A stretch of 64,000 nt of DNA, from NCBI GenBank assembly GCA_963841435.1, contig CAWJCS010000006.1:736001-800000 (forward strand), read 5' to 3'. Under the pieces are notes generated by a model. That model was given only the letters and a program-made list of their open reading frames with translations. It was not told the DNA's origin and searched no databases. Shown piece after piece: positions 20,522 to 30,516 of the stretch (the first letter of the stretch is position 1; each line of letters opens with the position of its first letter). Origin of the DNA: an uncultured delta proteobacterium (GTDB taxonomy: Bacteria; Myxococcota_A; Polyangia; Polyangiales; Polyangiaceae). Position numbers and translations under genes: made by a program.

Positions 20522-22072
20522 ATGCGACGAGTATCAAATCTACTAGGACTATCGGGACTGTTGGTCATGGGTTTCCTGTCGACTCACGCCTTGGGCCAGG
20601 AACCCGGGGATGCCGACGCCGAAGGGCCCACTGACGAAGCCAGCGCCGGTGACGCGAGCCCCGACGAAGCCAAGCCCGACGAGGCCAAGCCCGACGAGGC
20701 CAAGCCAAGCGAGGGCCAGGCAGCAACCGTCGAGGCGAAAGCGGAGCTGCCGGCGCCAGTCGAGCCGGCGCCCGAAGGCGCCGCGAAAGCCGACAAGCCG
20801 AAATTGGGCGACACCAAGCTCAGCGGCTACTTCCGTGGCGGATTCGGCGCGAGCAACCAGAAAGGCAGGATGACGTGCTTCGCCCTCGCCAACCCGGCCG
20901 GGCTGGTCGCAAAGTACAGGCTCGGCAACGAGTGCGAGGTCTGGGCCGAATCGGAGTTCAAGACGGTCATTTACGCGGACGACGACGGTGCGGTCGCCTC
21001 CGTTCACTTCATGCCGACCGTCTACATACCGACCACCTACATCGGCTATTCGCCGACCGGTGTCACCTCTTCCCCCTCCGAATACACGACTTCGACCGGC
21101 GCCACGGTGTCGTTTCCGAACCTCTACGTGGATATCGAAGGGATCCCTTGGCTGTTCGGTGGGAAGGCGTGGGTTGGTACCCGGTACTACAAGCGCGAAT
21201 CCATCTACATCAACGACTTTTTCTATTGGAACCCGTCCGGCGTGGGTGGCGGCATCGAGGACGTCAACATCGGTAAAGACGTGCGCGTCAGCTACGCCGC
21301 GTTCGCCGTCGATGGAGAGCCGGTATCGGCCGGCGCCGGCACTCCACCGTTGCCGATGCAAGCCGACCTCGGCATTCGCAACGACCTGCAGGTACGAGGG
21401 CTCCGACCGTATCCAAGCGGGGAGTTCCAGGTCGGGTTTCAGTACATCGCAGATTACAGCAATCACAAGGACGCGAACGGCGACTCCGTCACGCACAGCG
21501 GGTGGGGCGTCACTCTCCAACACGTGCAGCAGCTACTCGGCGGCGAGAACAAGCTCGCCTTCCAGTACGGAAAAGGTGGCGGAACGGGCTTCGGTACGCT
21601 GTCGCGCTTCTACTACCCCGACTTTTCCCTCTACTTTGCGCCGAGCGAGTACCGGATCCGCGTGGTCGATGTGCTCACCGTTCAGCCCATCGAGTGGTTC
21701 GGCGCGCAGCTGGGCCTCGTCTACCAGCATGACGACCTCGGTAACGCCGGACAGAAGACGGATTGGTACACCGGTGGCACCCGCCTCAGCTTTGCGTTCA
21801 ACAAGTACGCCAAGGTGCTCGCAGAGGTCGGCTACGACCGCGTCAAAAAGAGCAACGGCTCGGAGCCGCAGTGGCTAGGCAAGGGCACCATTGCCCCCGC
21901 GATCGCCGCAGGCAAGGGCATGTTCGCGCGCCCGGAGCTCCGGGTCTTCTACACTTGGGCGACGTGGAACGAGACGGCTCGGACCGCCACCGTCGACTCG
22001 GGCAGGCTCTACACCACCACCAACCTGCTCAGCGGCGTCACCTACGGCCTGCAAGCCGAAGCCTGGTGGTGA
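20522..22072 (+). CDS. LamB/maltoporin-family carbohydrate porin
   Basis: Signal peptide, SGYFRGG, KYRLGNECE, RPELRVF, C-terminal QAEAWW; short PDEAK x3 repeat near the N-terminus. Confidence 0.9.
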   Translation: MRRVSNLLGLSGLLVMGFLSTHALGQEPGDADAEGPTDEASAGDASPDEAKPDEAKPDEAKPSEGQAATVEAKAELPAPVEPAPEGAAKADKPKLGDTKLSGYFRGGFGASNQKGRMTCFALANPAGLVAKYRLGNECEVWAESEFKTVIYADDDGAVASVHFMPTVYIPTTYIGYSPTGVTSSPSEYTTSTGATVSFPNLYVDIEGIPWLFGGKAWVGTRYYKRESIYINDFFYWNPSGVGGGIEDVNIGKDVRVSYAAFAVDGEPVSAGAGTPPLPMQADLGIRNDLQVRGLRPYPSGEFQVGFQYIADYSNHKDANGDSVTHSGWGVTLQHVQQLLGGENKLAFQYGKGGGTGFGTLSRFYYPDFSLYFAPSEYRIRVVDVLTVQPIEWFGAQLGLVYQHDDLGNAGQKTDWYTGGTRLSFAFNKYAKVLAEVGYDRVKKSNGSEPQWLGKGTIAPAIAAGKGMFARPELRVFYTWATWNETARTATVDSGRLYTTTNLLSGVTYGLQAEAWW

Positions 22073-22437
22073 CCCGGGCTGACCGGGCGCAAAATTCACG
22101 AGCCGGTCGCGACGCCCGCCCGTCACTACCTTACGTGAGTGCTCGAGGCCTGCGGCACGCCCTTGGCGTCAAGCGGCGCAGAGCGGGCGGAGGTCGCCCC
22201 TCTCTGCCGTGGGCGGTGGTCGCCCTGTCGCTCGCGGCGCGGCGTGTCGCTGCAGAGCAGCCCACGGTCGGCGACTCGGCGCCACCGGCGAGCTCTGCTC
22301 CGACGGCCGCGCCCCTCGCCGCTCTCGTCCACGCGTTCGGCGTCGCGCACCAGCCTCCTTCTTGGCAACCGGCGCGTTGTGGGCGACAAGTTCGGCTTTC
22401 TGATCGGTCCCCGTGAAGGGGGAAAGCGGGCACACAG

Positions 22438-23274
22438 ATGACGACGAAAACTACGGAGCAGATACGTGCGGACTGGGACAGCCAGGCACAAAGCTGGTTC
22501 GGCAAGCGTGAATCTTTGCTGGCTGCTTCACGGCCGATTCACGAATGGCTCGTCGAGAAGGTCGAGCCGAGCGGTGGCAAGCGGGTGCTCGAGATTGCTG
22601 CCGGACCCGGTGACACCGGATTCCTCTTGGCGCGGCGCCTCGGCAGCGGCCGGCTGGTGTCGACCGATCTTTCCTCCGCGATGGTCGAAATGGCCCGCCA
22701 GCGAGGCGCGGAGCTCGGGATCGAGAACGCCGACTACCGCGTGCTCGATGCCCAAGCCATGGACCTCGACGATGCGTCGTTCGACGGGGTGATTTGTCGC
22801 TGGGGTCTGATGCTCATGCCGGACCCGGCGGCCGCTCTCCGCGAGTGTCGACGCGTCCTCAAGCCGGGCGGTCGCCTTGCCCTCGCGGTGTTCACCGGGC
22901 CTAAGGAGAACCCCTTCGCGTCGATTCCCGCTCGTGTGCTCGCCGAGATGGGTTTCTTGCCGCCCGCGCCCCCCGGGTGGCAACCGGGCATTTTGGCGCT
23001 CGGGGATCGGCCGCGCCTTTTGGCCCTGCTCGATGGCGCCGGTTTCATTTCGAGCCATGTCGAGAGTGTCGACATGGCATGGACGTTCCGCGATACCGCT
23101 GACTACTGGACCTTCCTCGTGGAGCTCACCGCGCTCGCTCCGGTGGTTCGCGCGCTGCCGAGCGAGGCGGGCGCCGCCTTTCGCAAGGCAATCGACGAAC
23201 GCCTCGCTCCGTTTGCACGCGACGAAGGCATCGTGCTCCCGTCCCGCTGCTGGGGTGCGGTGCTGGTTCGCTAG
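22438..23274 (+). CDS. Class I SAM-dependent methyltransferase
   Basis: VLEIAAGPGD, TDLS, DAQ..SFDGV, RVLKPGG. Confidence 0.9.
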   Translation: MTTKTTEQIRADWDSQAQSWFGKRESLLAASRPIHEWLVEKVEPSGGKRVLEIAAGPGDTGFLLARRLGSGRLVSTDLSSAMVEMARQRGAELGIENADYRVLDAQAMDLDDASFDGVICRWGLMLMPDPAAALRECRRVLKPGGRLALAVFTGPKENPFASIPARVLAEMGFLPPAPPGWQPGILALGDRPRLLALLDGAGFISSHVESVDMAWTFRDTADYWTFLVELTALAPVVRALPSEAGAAFRKAIDERLAPFARDEGIVLPSRCWGAVLVR

Positions 23275-24530
23275 TCAGCGCCCGAAACCCAACCTTCGAG
23301 GAGCCCGCGTTTCTGGGAGGGCGGCAGCTCGCGTGCGATGCCGTGAAGTCGCGAGGTCGGCGGGCGCAGGGCAACGCGGCTGCGCTCGTCGTCCCAGGCC
23401 GTGATGAGCTCGGCTTCCCGCTTCATCTGGCGGCTCATCTCGCGGTGAAGCTCTTTGAGCTCGCCGAAGGACCAGTCGAACGAGGCCACTCGGTCGGTGA
23501 CTTCCAGGAACGGCCGCGCCAGAGCGTCGCGTTCCGCCTGGTACGGTCCGAGGCGGACCGGATCGCGGAGGATCGCGCGGACCAAGAGCTCGGCGTCGCG
23601 CAGCGCATCGGTGATTCCGTGGGACGTGGCCGGGTCCTTGAAAGACCCGGCGTCACCCACGAGCGCCCAGCCGGGGCCACTGCATCGTTTGAGATAGCCG
23701 AAGTGGTGGCCGAAGGCGCGCAGACGTCCCAGGGGGGTGGCGCGACCGATCCGCCGCCAGAGCTCCGGGCTGCAGCCGAACAGCGAGTCGCGAAAGAGCG
23801 CGTCCAGGTTGCTGCGCCCGACGCCCTCAAGGCGTTCGGGCGGAAGGCCGACGAAGACGCACGTCGCACCGTCGTTGGTCGGAATCGCGCCGGCGGACAC
23901 GCGCTCACCGAAGTACCAGTGGTAGCCGTGGTTCTCGAGGCCCGCGAAGTGCCCGTAGATGGTCGAGCTCGGGTGTTCCGTGGCGAGCAGCAACGGCGCG
24001 TCGACCAGCTCCGCGACCGTCGAGCGCAGGCCGTCGGCACCGATCACGAGCGAGCTCTGCACCCGCTCGACCGTCCCGTCGGCACTTCGCAGGTAGGCGC
24101 CCTCCACGCGGCCCGTCGCGCTCCAGAGGAGCCCCACGAGCGAGGTGCGATACCGCACCTCGGCACCTGCACGCTCCGCCGCCGCGACGAGCAGCGGGTC
24201 GAGCCGCGTGCGACGCGGTGCATAGAGCGCTCCCACGCCGTACTTGGGCTCGATGGCGACCGCGACGCGCTCGGCACCGTAGTGAAACGTGGTTGAAGTG
24301 ATGCGGGGCGTCCCCAGCCTTTCGAGCTCCGAACGAAGCCCCCACCGCGCGAGCTGCAGGACGCCGGCGCGCATGAGGGCGTGCGTCGAGAGTGTGTCGG
24401 TTCCAGGGGGGCTGCGATTGACGCACAGCACGCGTCGCCCGGCGCGCGCCAGTAAAAGGGCGGTGGACGCTCCCGCACAGCGTGCGCCGACGACGATGGC
24501 GTCGTAGGCGGTTCTCTCGACGGGCTTCAT
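23271..24530 (-). CDS. FAD-dependent oxidoreductase/monooxygenase
   Basis: VVGARCAGA, DTLSTH, VIGADG, WALVGDAG..KDP. Confidence 0.88.
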   Translation of the reverse strand: MKPVERTAYDAIVVGARCAGASTALLLARAGRRVLCVNRSPPGTDTLSTHALMRAGVLQLARWGLRSELERLGTPRITSTTFHYGAERVAVAIEPKYGVGALYAPRRTRLDPLLVAAAERAGAEVRYRTSLVGLLWSATGRVEGAYLRSADGTVERVQSSLVIGADGLRSTVAELVDAPLLLATEHPSSTIYGHFAGLENHGYHWYFGERVSAGAIPTNDGATCVFVGLPPERLEGVGRSNLDALFRDSLFGCSPELWRRIGRATPLGRLRAFGHHFGYLKRCSGPGWALVGDAGSFKDPATSHGITDALRDAELLVRAILRDPVRLGPYQAERDALARPFLEVTDRVASFDWSFGELKELHREMSRQMKREAELITAWDDERSRVALRPPTSRLHGIARELPPSQKRGLLEGWVSGAD

Positions 24531-24535
24531 TTGCG

Positions 24536-25156
24536 CTATTTTCCGTGAGAGGTGGCGGTCGCGCGGACGCCGAGCTCGACGGGCACGCCGTGGGTCAGCA
24601 CGTCGAACACGGCCGAGCGCGCGCGCGATTGCTCGACGATTTCACGCAGCTTTGTCGCGGGTGCGTCGCCCCGCACGTCGAAGTCGATCCGGATGGCCTG
24701 GTAGCCGTTGCGCCCGCTGTCGGACAGGCCCAAGAGGCCGAGCAGGTCGATGTCGCCCTCGACCGTGGCCGTCACCGACTCGAGCTCGACACCACGCGCC
24801 GCCGCGACGTTCCCGATGCCGGCCATGATGCAGGCAGCGAGCGCGTGCAGGAGGAACTCGATCGGCGTGGGCGCTCGGCCGGTGCCGCATAGCACCGGGT
24901 GGTGGTCGGCCTCGAACGAGAATTCTCGTTGGTGGCGGTGCTCGCCGCCCGCCCCGCTGAACGTGCCGAGCTCGGTGCGACTGTGGTTGCCTGAAAGCCA
25001 GCGATTTTGGGCGCGAAAGCGAAACTTGGCGAGCTCGGGCTGCTCGCCCACGGCGTTGATCGTCGCAAACAGCGCCGGCGTGTCCACGCCGTTCAAAGGC
25101 TTCGGCTCACGGCGGTGCTTCTTGGCAGTGGTCGGCTGGTGGCCTTGGGTCGTCAT
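24536..25156 (-). CDS. OsmC family protein
   Basis: NGVDTPALFAT, PTPIEFLLHALAAC, EGDIDLLGLLG, RSAVFDV. Confidence 0.85.
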   Translation of the reverse strand: MTTQGHQPTTAKKHRREPKPLNGVDTPALFATINAVGEQPELAKFRFRAQNRWLSGNHSRTELGTFSGAGGEHRHQREFSFEADHHPVLCGTGRAPTPIEFLLHALAACIMAGIGNVAAARGVELESVTATVEGDIDLLGLLGLSDSGRNGYQAIRIDFDVRGDAPATKLREIVEQSRARSAVFDVLTHGVPVELGVRATATSHGK

Positions 25157-25303
25157 GAATGGCTCCTTTTCGTCGGTTGGTTTTCGGCGCAGGGCGTGGA
25201 TGGGTCCAGCCCGGGTGAGAGGGACAGGGGTCGGCACCCGGCACGCGCCGGGAGCGACGAACGTCGGCGAGCCTCCCCCGGGGGGCGCTCGATCACGGCC
25301 GAG

Positions 25304-26236
25304 TCAGCGGCGTCGAATGACGAGCTCTTCGAGCTCGGGCGTGTAGAGGTCCTCGGCGGCGAACACGTCCGGCAGTGGCTCGAGGAATGTGGCGGTCGGT
25401 TGAGTGCCCTCGAAATTGCCGAGGAAGCCGTGGGTCTTGTAGCCGAGCAGGTCGGAGAGCTCGCGCGAGAGGGACTTGGCGATCTCGGGCGGCACGGCGA
25501 GCTGCGGGTTCTCCAGCGGGCGCAGCCAGCCGAGGCTGTAACCGAGCAAGAGCGCCGTGCGAGAGCGAGCGCTCCGGTTTTCGCCGCCGCCGTGGTGAAC
25601 CGCGCCGTCCATCATCAGAAAGGAGCCGCGCGGCATCACCACCGGCAAGGCCTGTCGCGGGTCCGCTCGACGCTCGTCGCTCCAGAGATGGCTGCGCGGG
25701 ACGATGCGGGTCGCGCCATTTTCCTCCGTGAAGTCATCGACGGCCCAGATGGTGTTGATGACGCTCGGGGGGCTCGGGTGCTTGAACGGGAACGGGCCGT
25801 CGTCGCGGTGCAGCGACTGGGCGGGTTGTCCGGGCTCGATGCGCACGGCTTCCGTGAAGTGCAGCTGATGGTGGTAGGCCTCGCCGCGAAAGATCTCGCG
25901 AAGCGCGCTCTGAATCAGCGGATCGGTGATCAGCTCGTGCGTCGCGAGCGACTTCACCACCAGGCGCTGCGTGCGGCGCGTCGAGAGCCCCGTGAAGCTG
26001 CCGCGCGACGTGGGGACGCGTGACAGGTACGGCTCGAGCTCGAGCTTCGCGTGATCGGTCGCCTCGACCAGGTAGCGCTCCACGATGGCGCAGCCGAACT
26101 CCGCGACCGCGGCTGCGAGCGCGGCGGGCGTCACGCTGGCCGAGAAACGCGGGATGGCGTCGCCGCCGAGCGCGCGGCGGCCGTTCGGGGACGGTCGAGT
26201 GTCGGGGGACGGTGACGATACAATCGCGGGTGTCAT
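25304..26236 (-). CDS. Phytanoyl-CoA dioxygenase (PhyH) family Fe(II)/2-oxoglutarate dioxygenase
   Basis: QSLHRDD (HxD), DDFTEENGATRIVPRSH, HHGGGEN, WLR..EN. Confidence 0.9.
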   Translation of the reverse strand: MTPAIVSSPSPDTRPSPNGRRALGGDAIPRFSASVTPAALAAAVAEFGCAIVERYLVEATDHAKLELEPYLSRVPTSRGSFTGLSTRRTQRLVVKSLATHELITDPLIQSALREIFRGEAYHHQLHFTEAVRIEPGQPAQSLHRDDGPFPFKHPSPPSVINTIWAVDDFTEENGATRIVPRSHLWSDERRADPRQALPVVMPRGSFLMMDGAVHHGGGENRSARSRTALLLGYSLGWLRPLENPQLAVPPEIAKSLSRELSDLLGYKTHGFLGNFEGTQPTATFLEPLPDVFAAEDLYTPELEELVIRRR

Positions 26237-26266
26237 GGCTGCCTCCTTCGGCGCGGCCTCAGCGCC

Positions 26267-29200
26267 TCACTGATCAGGCGTGCCGTCGGGTGGAACGAAC
26301 GTTCCGTGCGGAAAGGGGCGGTAGCTGCAGAAGATGCCCGTGACGATGCTGCGATCGAGGTGCGTCCCGAGCTCGGGGTCTTGCCGCGCGATGCGCTGGA
26401 TCGCGTCACGTAGCCGGCGCTGCACGTTGATGCGGGCGCGCTCCGCGTAGTCGCCGGCGCGCCGAACGCGGTTGCCGAGCCCGAGCGAGCGCTGGAGCTC
26501 GTGCGTCAGAAATTCGCGCTCGCTGCCGAGCTTGGTGATTCGGCCGGCGTCGTTGAAGGATTCTGCCTCCGCGAGCTCCGTGTCGAGATCGTGCAAGCGA
26601 CGGCGGTAGGCCGCTATCGCCTCTGGATCGAGCAGCTCGCCGGCATCTCCCTGCTCTCGCTCCGCGCCCGGCATGGCCAGATCGAGCGCGTGGATCTCGG
26701 CTCCCGGCCGGCGGAGCAGCTCCGCGAGCCAGCGCACTCCCTTGGAATCGCGCAGGCGCAGCGTGCCTCGCTCCCAGGTGAGGTTCCAGAGCTCCCCGTC
26801 TGGTTCGAGCTCGATGCCGGCCACGGCCTGGATCGGGGTGTCGTCGGCTCGAGCGCTCGTCGTCATCGGGGCCTCCGCCGCGTCGCTCTTCGAGAGAGCG
26901 GCGCGAGCCGAGCCCGAACGTGCGGCGAGCCCCGGCATGCCGAGCGCCACGGCGGTAGCCTCCGCCGCATCGAGCAATTCGAGCGCTTCGGCACGCGACG
27001 CCTGCCTCCTCGAAAGCACGCGGGCAAGCTCGAATCTCGCCCAGGCGGCGAAAGGTGGGCTCTTCGCGCTTTCTGCCAGCTCGACGGCTGCTGTTAGGTG
27101 GCGGCGCGCGTCCTCGAGCCGGCCGCCGCGCACGGCGCAGCGCCCGAGCGAGAGCGCGATGGGCCCTTCCCACACCATGCCGGTCATGCCTCCGGAGCAG
27201 AAGCGGGCTTCCTTGAGCTCGAGCCGGCTCTCGATCGCGGCCACCAGCTCCGGGTCGTCGAGCACCTCCGAGATCGTGAGCAGTCGCGACAGCATGGCTG
27301 CGTCCGAAAGGCCGAGCACTCGCTCGACGTCGTGGGCCGAGAAGAGGCGCGCCGCCTGGGCGCCGTAGCCCGCGAGGACGAGCGCCTCGCACGAATTGAG
27401 CCGGGTGAAGACCTCGTTGAGGTTCAGGCTTTCACCCGCGCCCACCAGCTCGGGGCGAACGGCGAGCAGCTCGTCGTAGCGCCCCTGGAGCTTCAGGAGC
27501 ATCGAGCGCTGCAGCATGTTCGTCTTCAGCACATTGGGGTCGCGTGCGCGGCGGCCGAGCGAGCTCGCGCGCTCCATGGCCGCCTCCGCGTCGGCAAAAC
27601 GGCCCTGGAAGATCGCGCTCATCGCGCGGAACGAGTGCGCGCGCCACGCGTAGAACGGATGGCCGATCCGTTCGGCCGCGAGCTCGACCTCGTCGATGGT
27701 GAGCTCGGCGGCCGCCACGTCGCCGAGCTCGAAACAGTCGAACACGAGTCGCATCTTGCCGCGCAGCGCCTCGAGCGGCTCGTCGAGGCCCTCGGCGGTC
27801 CGGATGTATTCGCGGTTGAGCTCGATGCGCTCACTCGGTGGGGCGAGATCCATCATCGCGCTCACGGCGTAGCGCGCGGTTTCGAGCCATGTGCGGGGGT
27901 CGCCGAGGCGCCGCGCCATCAGAACGGCCTCGCGCGCCATGGCAATCGGCTCGTCCGGATCGTCCGCAGGCTGGAGCGCTGCGGCCAACCGAGCTCCAAG
28001 GACCGCGCGCAGCGGCGAATCCGACGGCGCGAGCGGCGACAGCGCCTCGCGCAGGAGCTCCACGAGCTTCGTATCGATTGCAGCGAAGACGAGGATCGAA
28101 CCGTGCGTCAACGCCGCGCGGCAGAAAAGCTCGCTGTTGCGGATGGCGCGCGCGAGCTCCGTGGCGCGCTCCGCATGCTGTTTGCCCGTGTCGATCGCTC
28201 CGCTGTGCAGCTCCGCGTCCGCGAGGCGGATCAAGAGCTCGGCGCGTCCCTCGAGATCCGCGCTGGCGTCCTGGCCGAGCGCGGCCAGCGCGCGCGTGTA
28301 CCAGGCGGCCGCCTCGGAGAACCCGAGGTTTGCGGCGGCGGCCTCGGCCGCACGGGGGCAAGCTTGCACGGCTCCCGCGCGACCCTCGGCGCCTGCTTCC
28401 AAGTAGTGGTGGGCGATTTCCGACCAGAAAAGCTCGTCGGGCTTGCGCCGGCGCAAGAGCTCCGCCGCCTCCAGGTGTAGGGCCGTGCGGCGAGCATCGT
28501 CCAGGTCGCGGTGCAGCGTTTCACGGACCAGCACGTGGCTGAAGCGGTACTCGCCAGGCAGCGCCTCCGTGACGACGCCGGCGTCGAGCGCGTCGTTCAA
28601 GAGCGGCGCCACCTGCGCCATGCTCCGACCGGAGAGCGCGGAGAGCATGGTCCCCGAAAAATCGCGACCGAGCACGCTGGCCACCTCGAGCAAAGCGTGA
28701 GTACTCGGGCCGAGCGCCTCCATGCGGCGGCGCAGCGTGTGGCGAATGTTGCCCGGAATGGCAACACCCGCCGCCGTCACCTGGTCCCACGACGCCTGCT
28801 GAGCGAGCAGCCGCGTCACTTCCGTGACGAACAGCGGGTTGCCCTCCGTCGCGGCGAAGATCGCATCCGTTGCTTGCTCGGCCGCGCGAGCTCCAGCCGA
28901 GGTGGCCAGAAACGTGGCCACGTCGCCGCGCCCCAGCCGCCCGAGCGGCAGCGTCCGCCCTCGCTCGACCGCGCGGGCGAGCGCGTCGCGCGTCTCGGCC
29001 AACCGCGCGTCCGCGTCGCGATACGTGCCGAGCACGCACACGCGCGCGCTCTTGAGCTCGGGTCCCAAAACCTCGAAAACGCCCAGCGACGACATGTCGG
29101 CGGCGTGGAGGTCCTCGAGAATGACGAGGGTGCACGGCACGTCGCGCACGCTGCAGAGCGCGCCGCTGATCGCGTCCAGAAGCTCGAACCGCTCGCGCTC

Positions 29201-29575
29201 CGGGTCGAGCCCAGTCAGCTCCTCGCCCGAGCCGAGCAGCGCCTCGAGCTCCGGCACGAGCTGAGCCAGATAGCGGGCCCGGCGACCGAGGTTCCCACTC
29301 ACGCGGGCGGGCGAATCGTCCCGCAACAACGCGCGCAGGACCTGGATCCAGGGCCAGTACGCGGGCGCGCCGCCCACTTCCCAGCAGCGTCCCCACACCA
29401 CGACGGTGCCCTCGAGGGCCGCCGCGTCGGCGAGCTCCTCGGACAGGCGGCTCTTGCCGATGCCTGGCTCCCCGGACAAGAACCATAGGCTGCCTCTGCC
29501 GTTGCGCGCCGCACGCACCGCCGACGTGAGCTGCTCGAGCTCGGTCTTGCGGCCGACCAGCTGGTGCGCCTGCAT
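26267..29575 (-). CDS. AAA-ATPase (STAND-like) transcriptional regulator with TPR region and C-terminal DNA-binding-like domain
   Basis: LVGR..E, GEPGIGKS, LEDLH, TEGNPLF, FSHVLVRE, AERARINV..GIFCSY. Confidence 0.85.
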   Translation of the reverse strand: MQAHQLVGRKTELEQLTSAVRAARNGRGSLWFLSGEPGIGKSRLSEELADAAALEGTVVVWGRCWEVGGAPAYWPWIQVLRALLRDDSPARVSGNLGRRARYLAQLVPELEALLGSGEELTGLDPERERFELLDAISGALCSVRDVPCTLVILEDLHAADMSSLGVFEVLGPELKSARVCVLGTYRDADARLAETRDALARAVERGRTLPLGRLGRGDVATFLATSAGARAAEQATDAIFAATEGNPLFVTEVTRLLAQQASWDQVTAAGVAIPGNIRHTLRRRMEALGPSTHALLEVASVLGRDFSGTMLSALSGRSMAQVAPLLNDALDAGVVTEALPGEYRFSHVLVRETLHRDLDDARRTALHLEAAELLRRRKPDELFWSEIAHHYLEAGAEGRAGAVQACPRAAEAAAANLGFSEAAAWYTRALAALGQDASADLEGRAELLIRLADAELHSGAIDTGKQHAERATELARAIRNSELFCRAALTHGSILVFAAIDTKLVELLREALSPLAPSDSPLRAVLGARLAAALQPADDPDEPIAMAREAVLMARRLGDPRTWLETARYAVSAMMDLAPPSERIELNREYIRTAEGLDEPLEALRGKMRLVFDCFELGDVAAAELTIDEVELAAERIGHPFYAWRAHSFRAMSAIFQGRFADAEAAMERASSLGRRARDPNVLKTNMLQRSMLLKLQGRYDELLAVRPELVGAGESLNLNEVFTRLNSCEALVLAGYGAQAARLFSAHDVERVLGLSDAAMLSRLLTISEVLDDPELVAAIESRLELKEARFCSGGMTGMVWEGPIALSLGRCAVRGGRLEDARRHLTAAVELAESAKSPPFAAWARFELARVLSRRQASRAEALELLDAAEATAVALGMPGLAARSGSARAALSKSDAAEAPMTTSARADDTPIQAVAGIELEPDGELWNLTWERGTLRLRDSKGVRWLAELLRRPGAEIHALDLAMPGAEREQGDAGELLDPEAIAAYRRRLHDLDTELAEAESFNDAGRITKLGSEREFLTHELQRSLGLGNRVRRAGDYAERARINVQRRLRDAIQRIARQDPELGTHLDRSIVTGIFCSYRPFPHGTFVPPDGTPDQ

Positions 29576-29784
29576 CCGCTCGAGTGTTCCCCGATGGCTG
29601 GCCGGTTGTCGAGACGACGGCGGCGATGCGGGGACGAGCTCTTGGAACACCCTGTGAACAAGGCGTTCCAAAGGCCGGAACGATCGTTCCAAGGGCGCTC
29701 GGGCCCCGCGCCGGCCGATCCGCTGCCTCCTCGCCCCAAACGGGGCTCAGAAGGCCTCTCGTGATAGTAGCGAGCTCGAAGCTC

Positions 29785-30516
29785 ATGACCCTGTCCGTGC
29801 GCGGCTTGACCAAAAGCTACGGTCTCGGCGATGCGAAAATCGTCGTTCTGCGTGGCGTCGACCTCGACCTCCCGCCCGGCGAAATGTGCGCGGTGATGGG
29901 GCCCTCCGGAGCCGGGAAGAGCACGCTCTTGCATCTCGTGGCAGGCCTCGACGAGCCCGACTCCGGAACGATCAGCGTTTTGGGGACGCCGCTCGCCGGG
30001 CTCGACGACCGCGCGCGCACGCTGATCCGCCGGGACAAGATCGGCATCGTCTATCAGTTCTTCAACCTCGTTTCGAACCTCACGGCGCTGGAAAACGTGC
30101 TCCTGCCATTCTACATCGCCGGCGTGGAGCCCGATCTCGTCGCGGCGGAACGGGCGCTCGAACGAGTCGGCATGGCGAAGCGCGCGGAGCATCTGCCTGC
30201 GCAGCTCTCGGGCGGAGAAATGCAGCTCGTGTCGATCGCTCGGGCGCTCGTGCGAAAGCCCGCGCTCGTGCTCGCCGACGAGCCGACAGGCAATGTCAAC
30301 GTCGCCACGGGGCGCAAGATCTTGAATTTGCTCCGCGAAGTCCTCAAGGAAACCGGCAGCTCACTCTTGATGGTCACGCACAACCCCGAGGACGCCGCGC
30401 GGGCGGACCGTGTGGTGTTCATGAGAGACGGCGTCGTGCCCCCGGAGGCGTCGATCGCGGGGCCCTCGATCGACGTGGCGACGATCCACGAGCGACTCCG
30501 GGAGCTCGGCATTTGA
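29785..30516 (+). CDS. ABC transporter ATP-binding protein (LolD/MacB-like)
   Basis: GPSGAGKST, LSGGE, LADEPTGN, VTH. Confidence 0.93.
   Translation: MTLSVRGLTKSYGLGDAKIVVLRGVDLDLPPGEMCAVMGPSGAGKSTLLHLVAGLDEPDSGTISVLGTPLAGLDDRARTLIRRDKIGIVYQFFNLVSNLTALENVLLPFYIAGVEPDLVAAERALERVGMAKRAEHLPAQLSGGEMQLVSIARALVRKPALVLADEPTGNVNVATGRKILNLLREVLKETGSSLLMVTHNPEDAARADRVVFMRDGVVPPEASIAGPSIDVATIHERLRELGI

Noticed and set aside
22130-22416. Signal-peptide-like reading (WAVVALSLAARRVAAEQP) after the porin
   Set aside because: No clear start codon or recognisable domain; too weak to call
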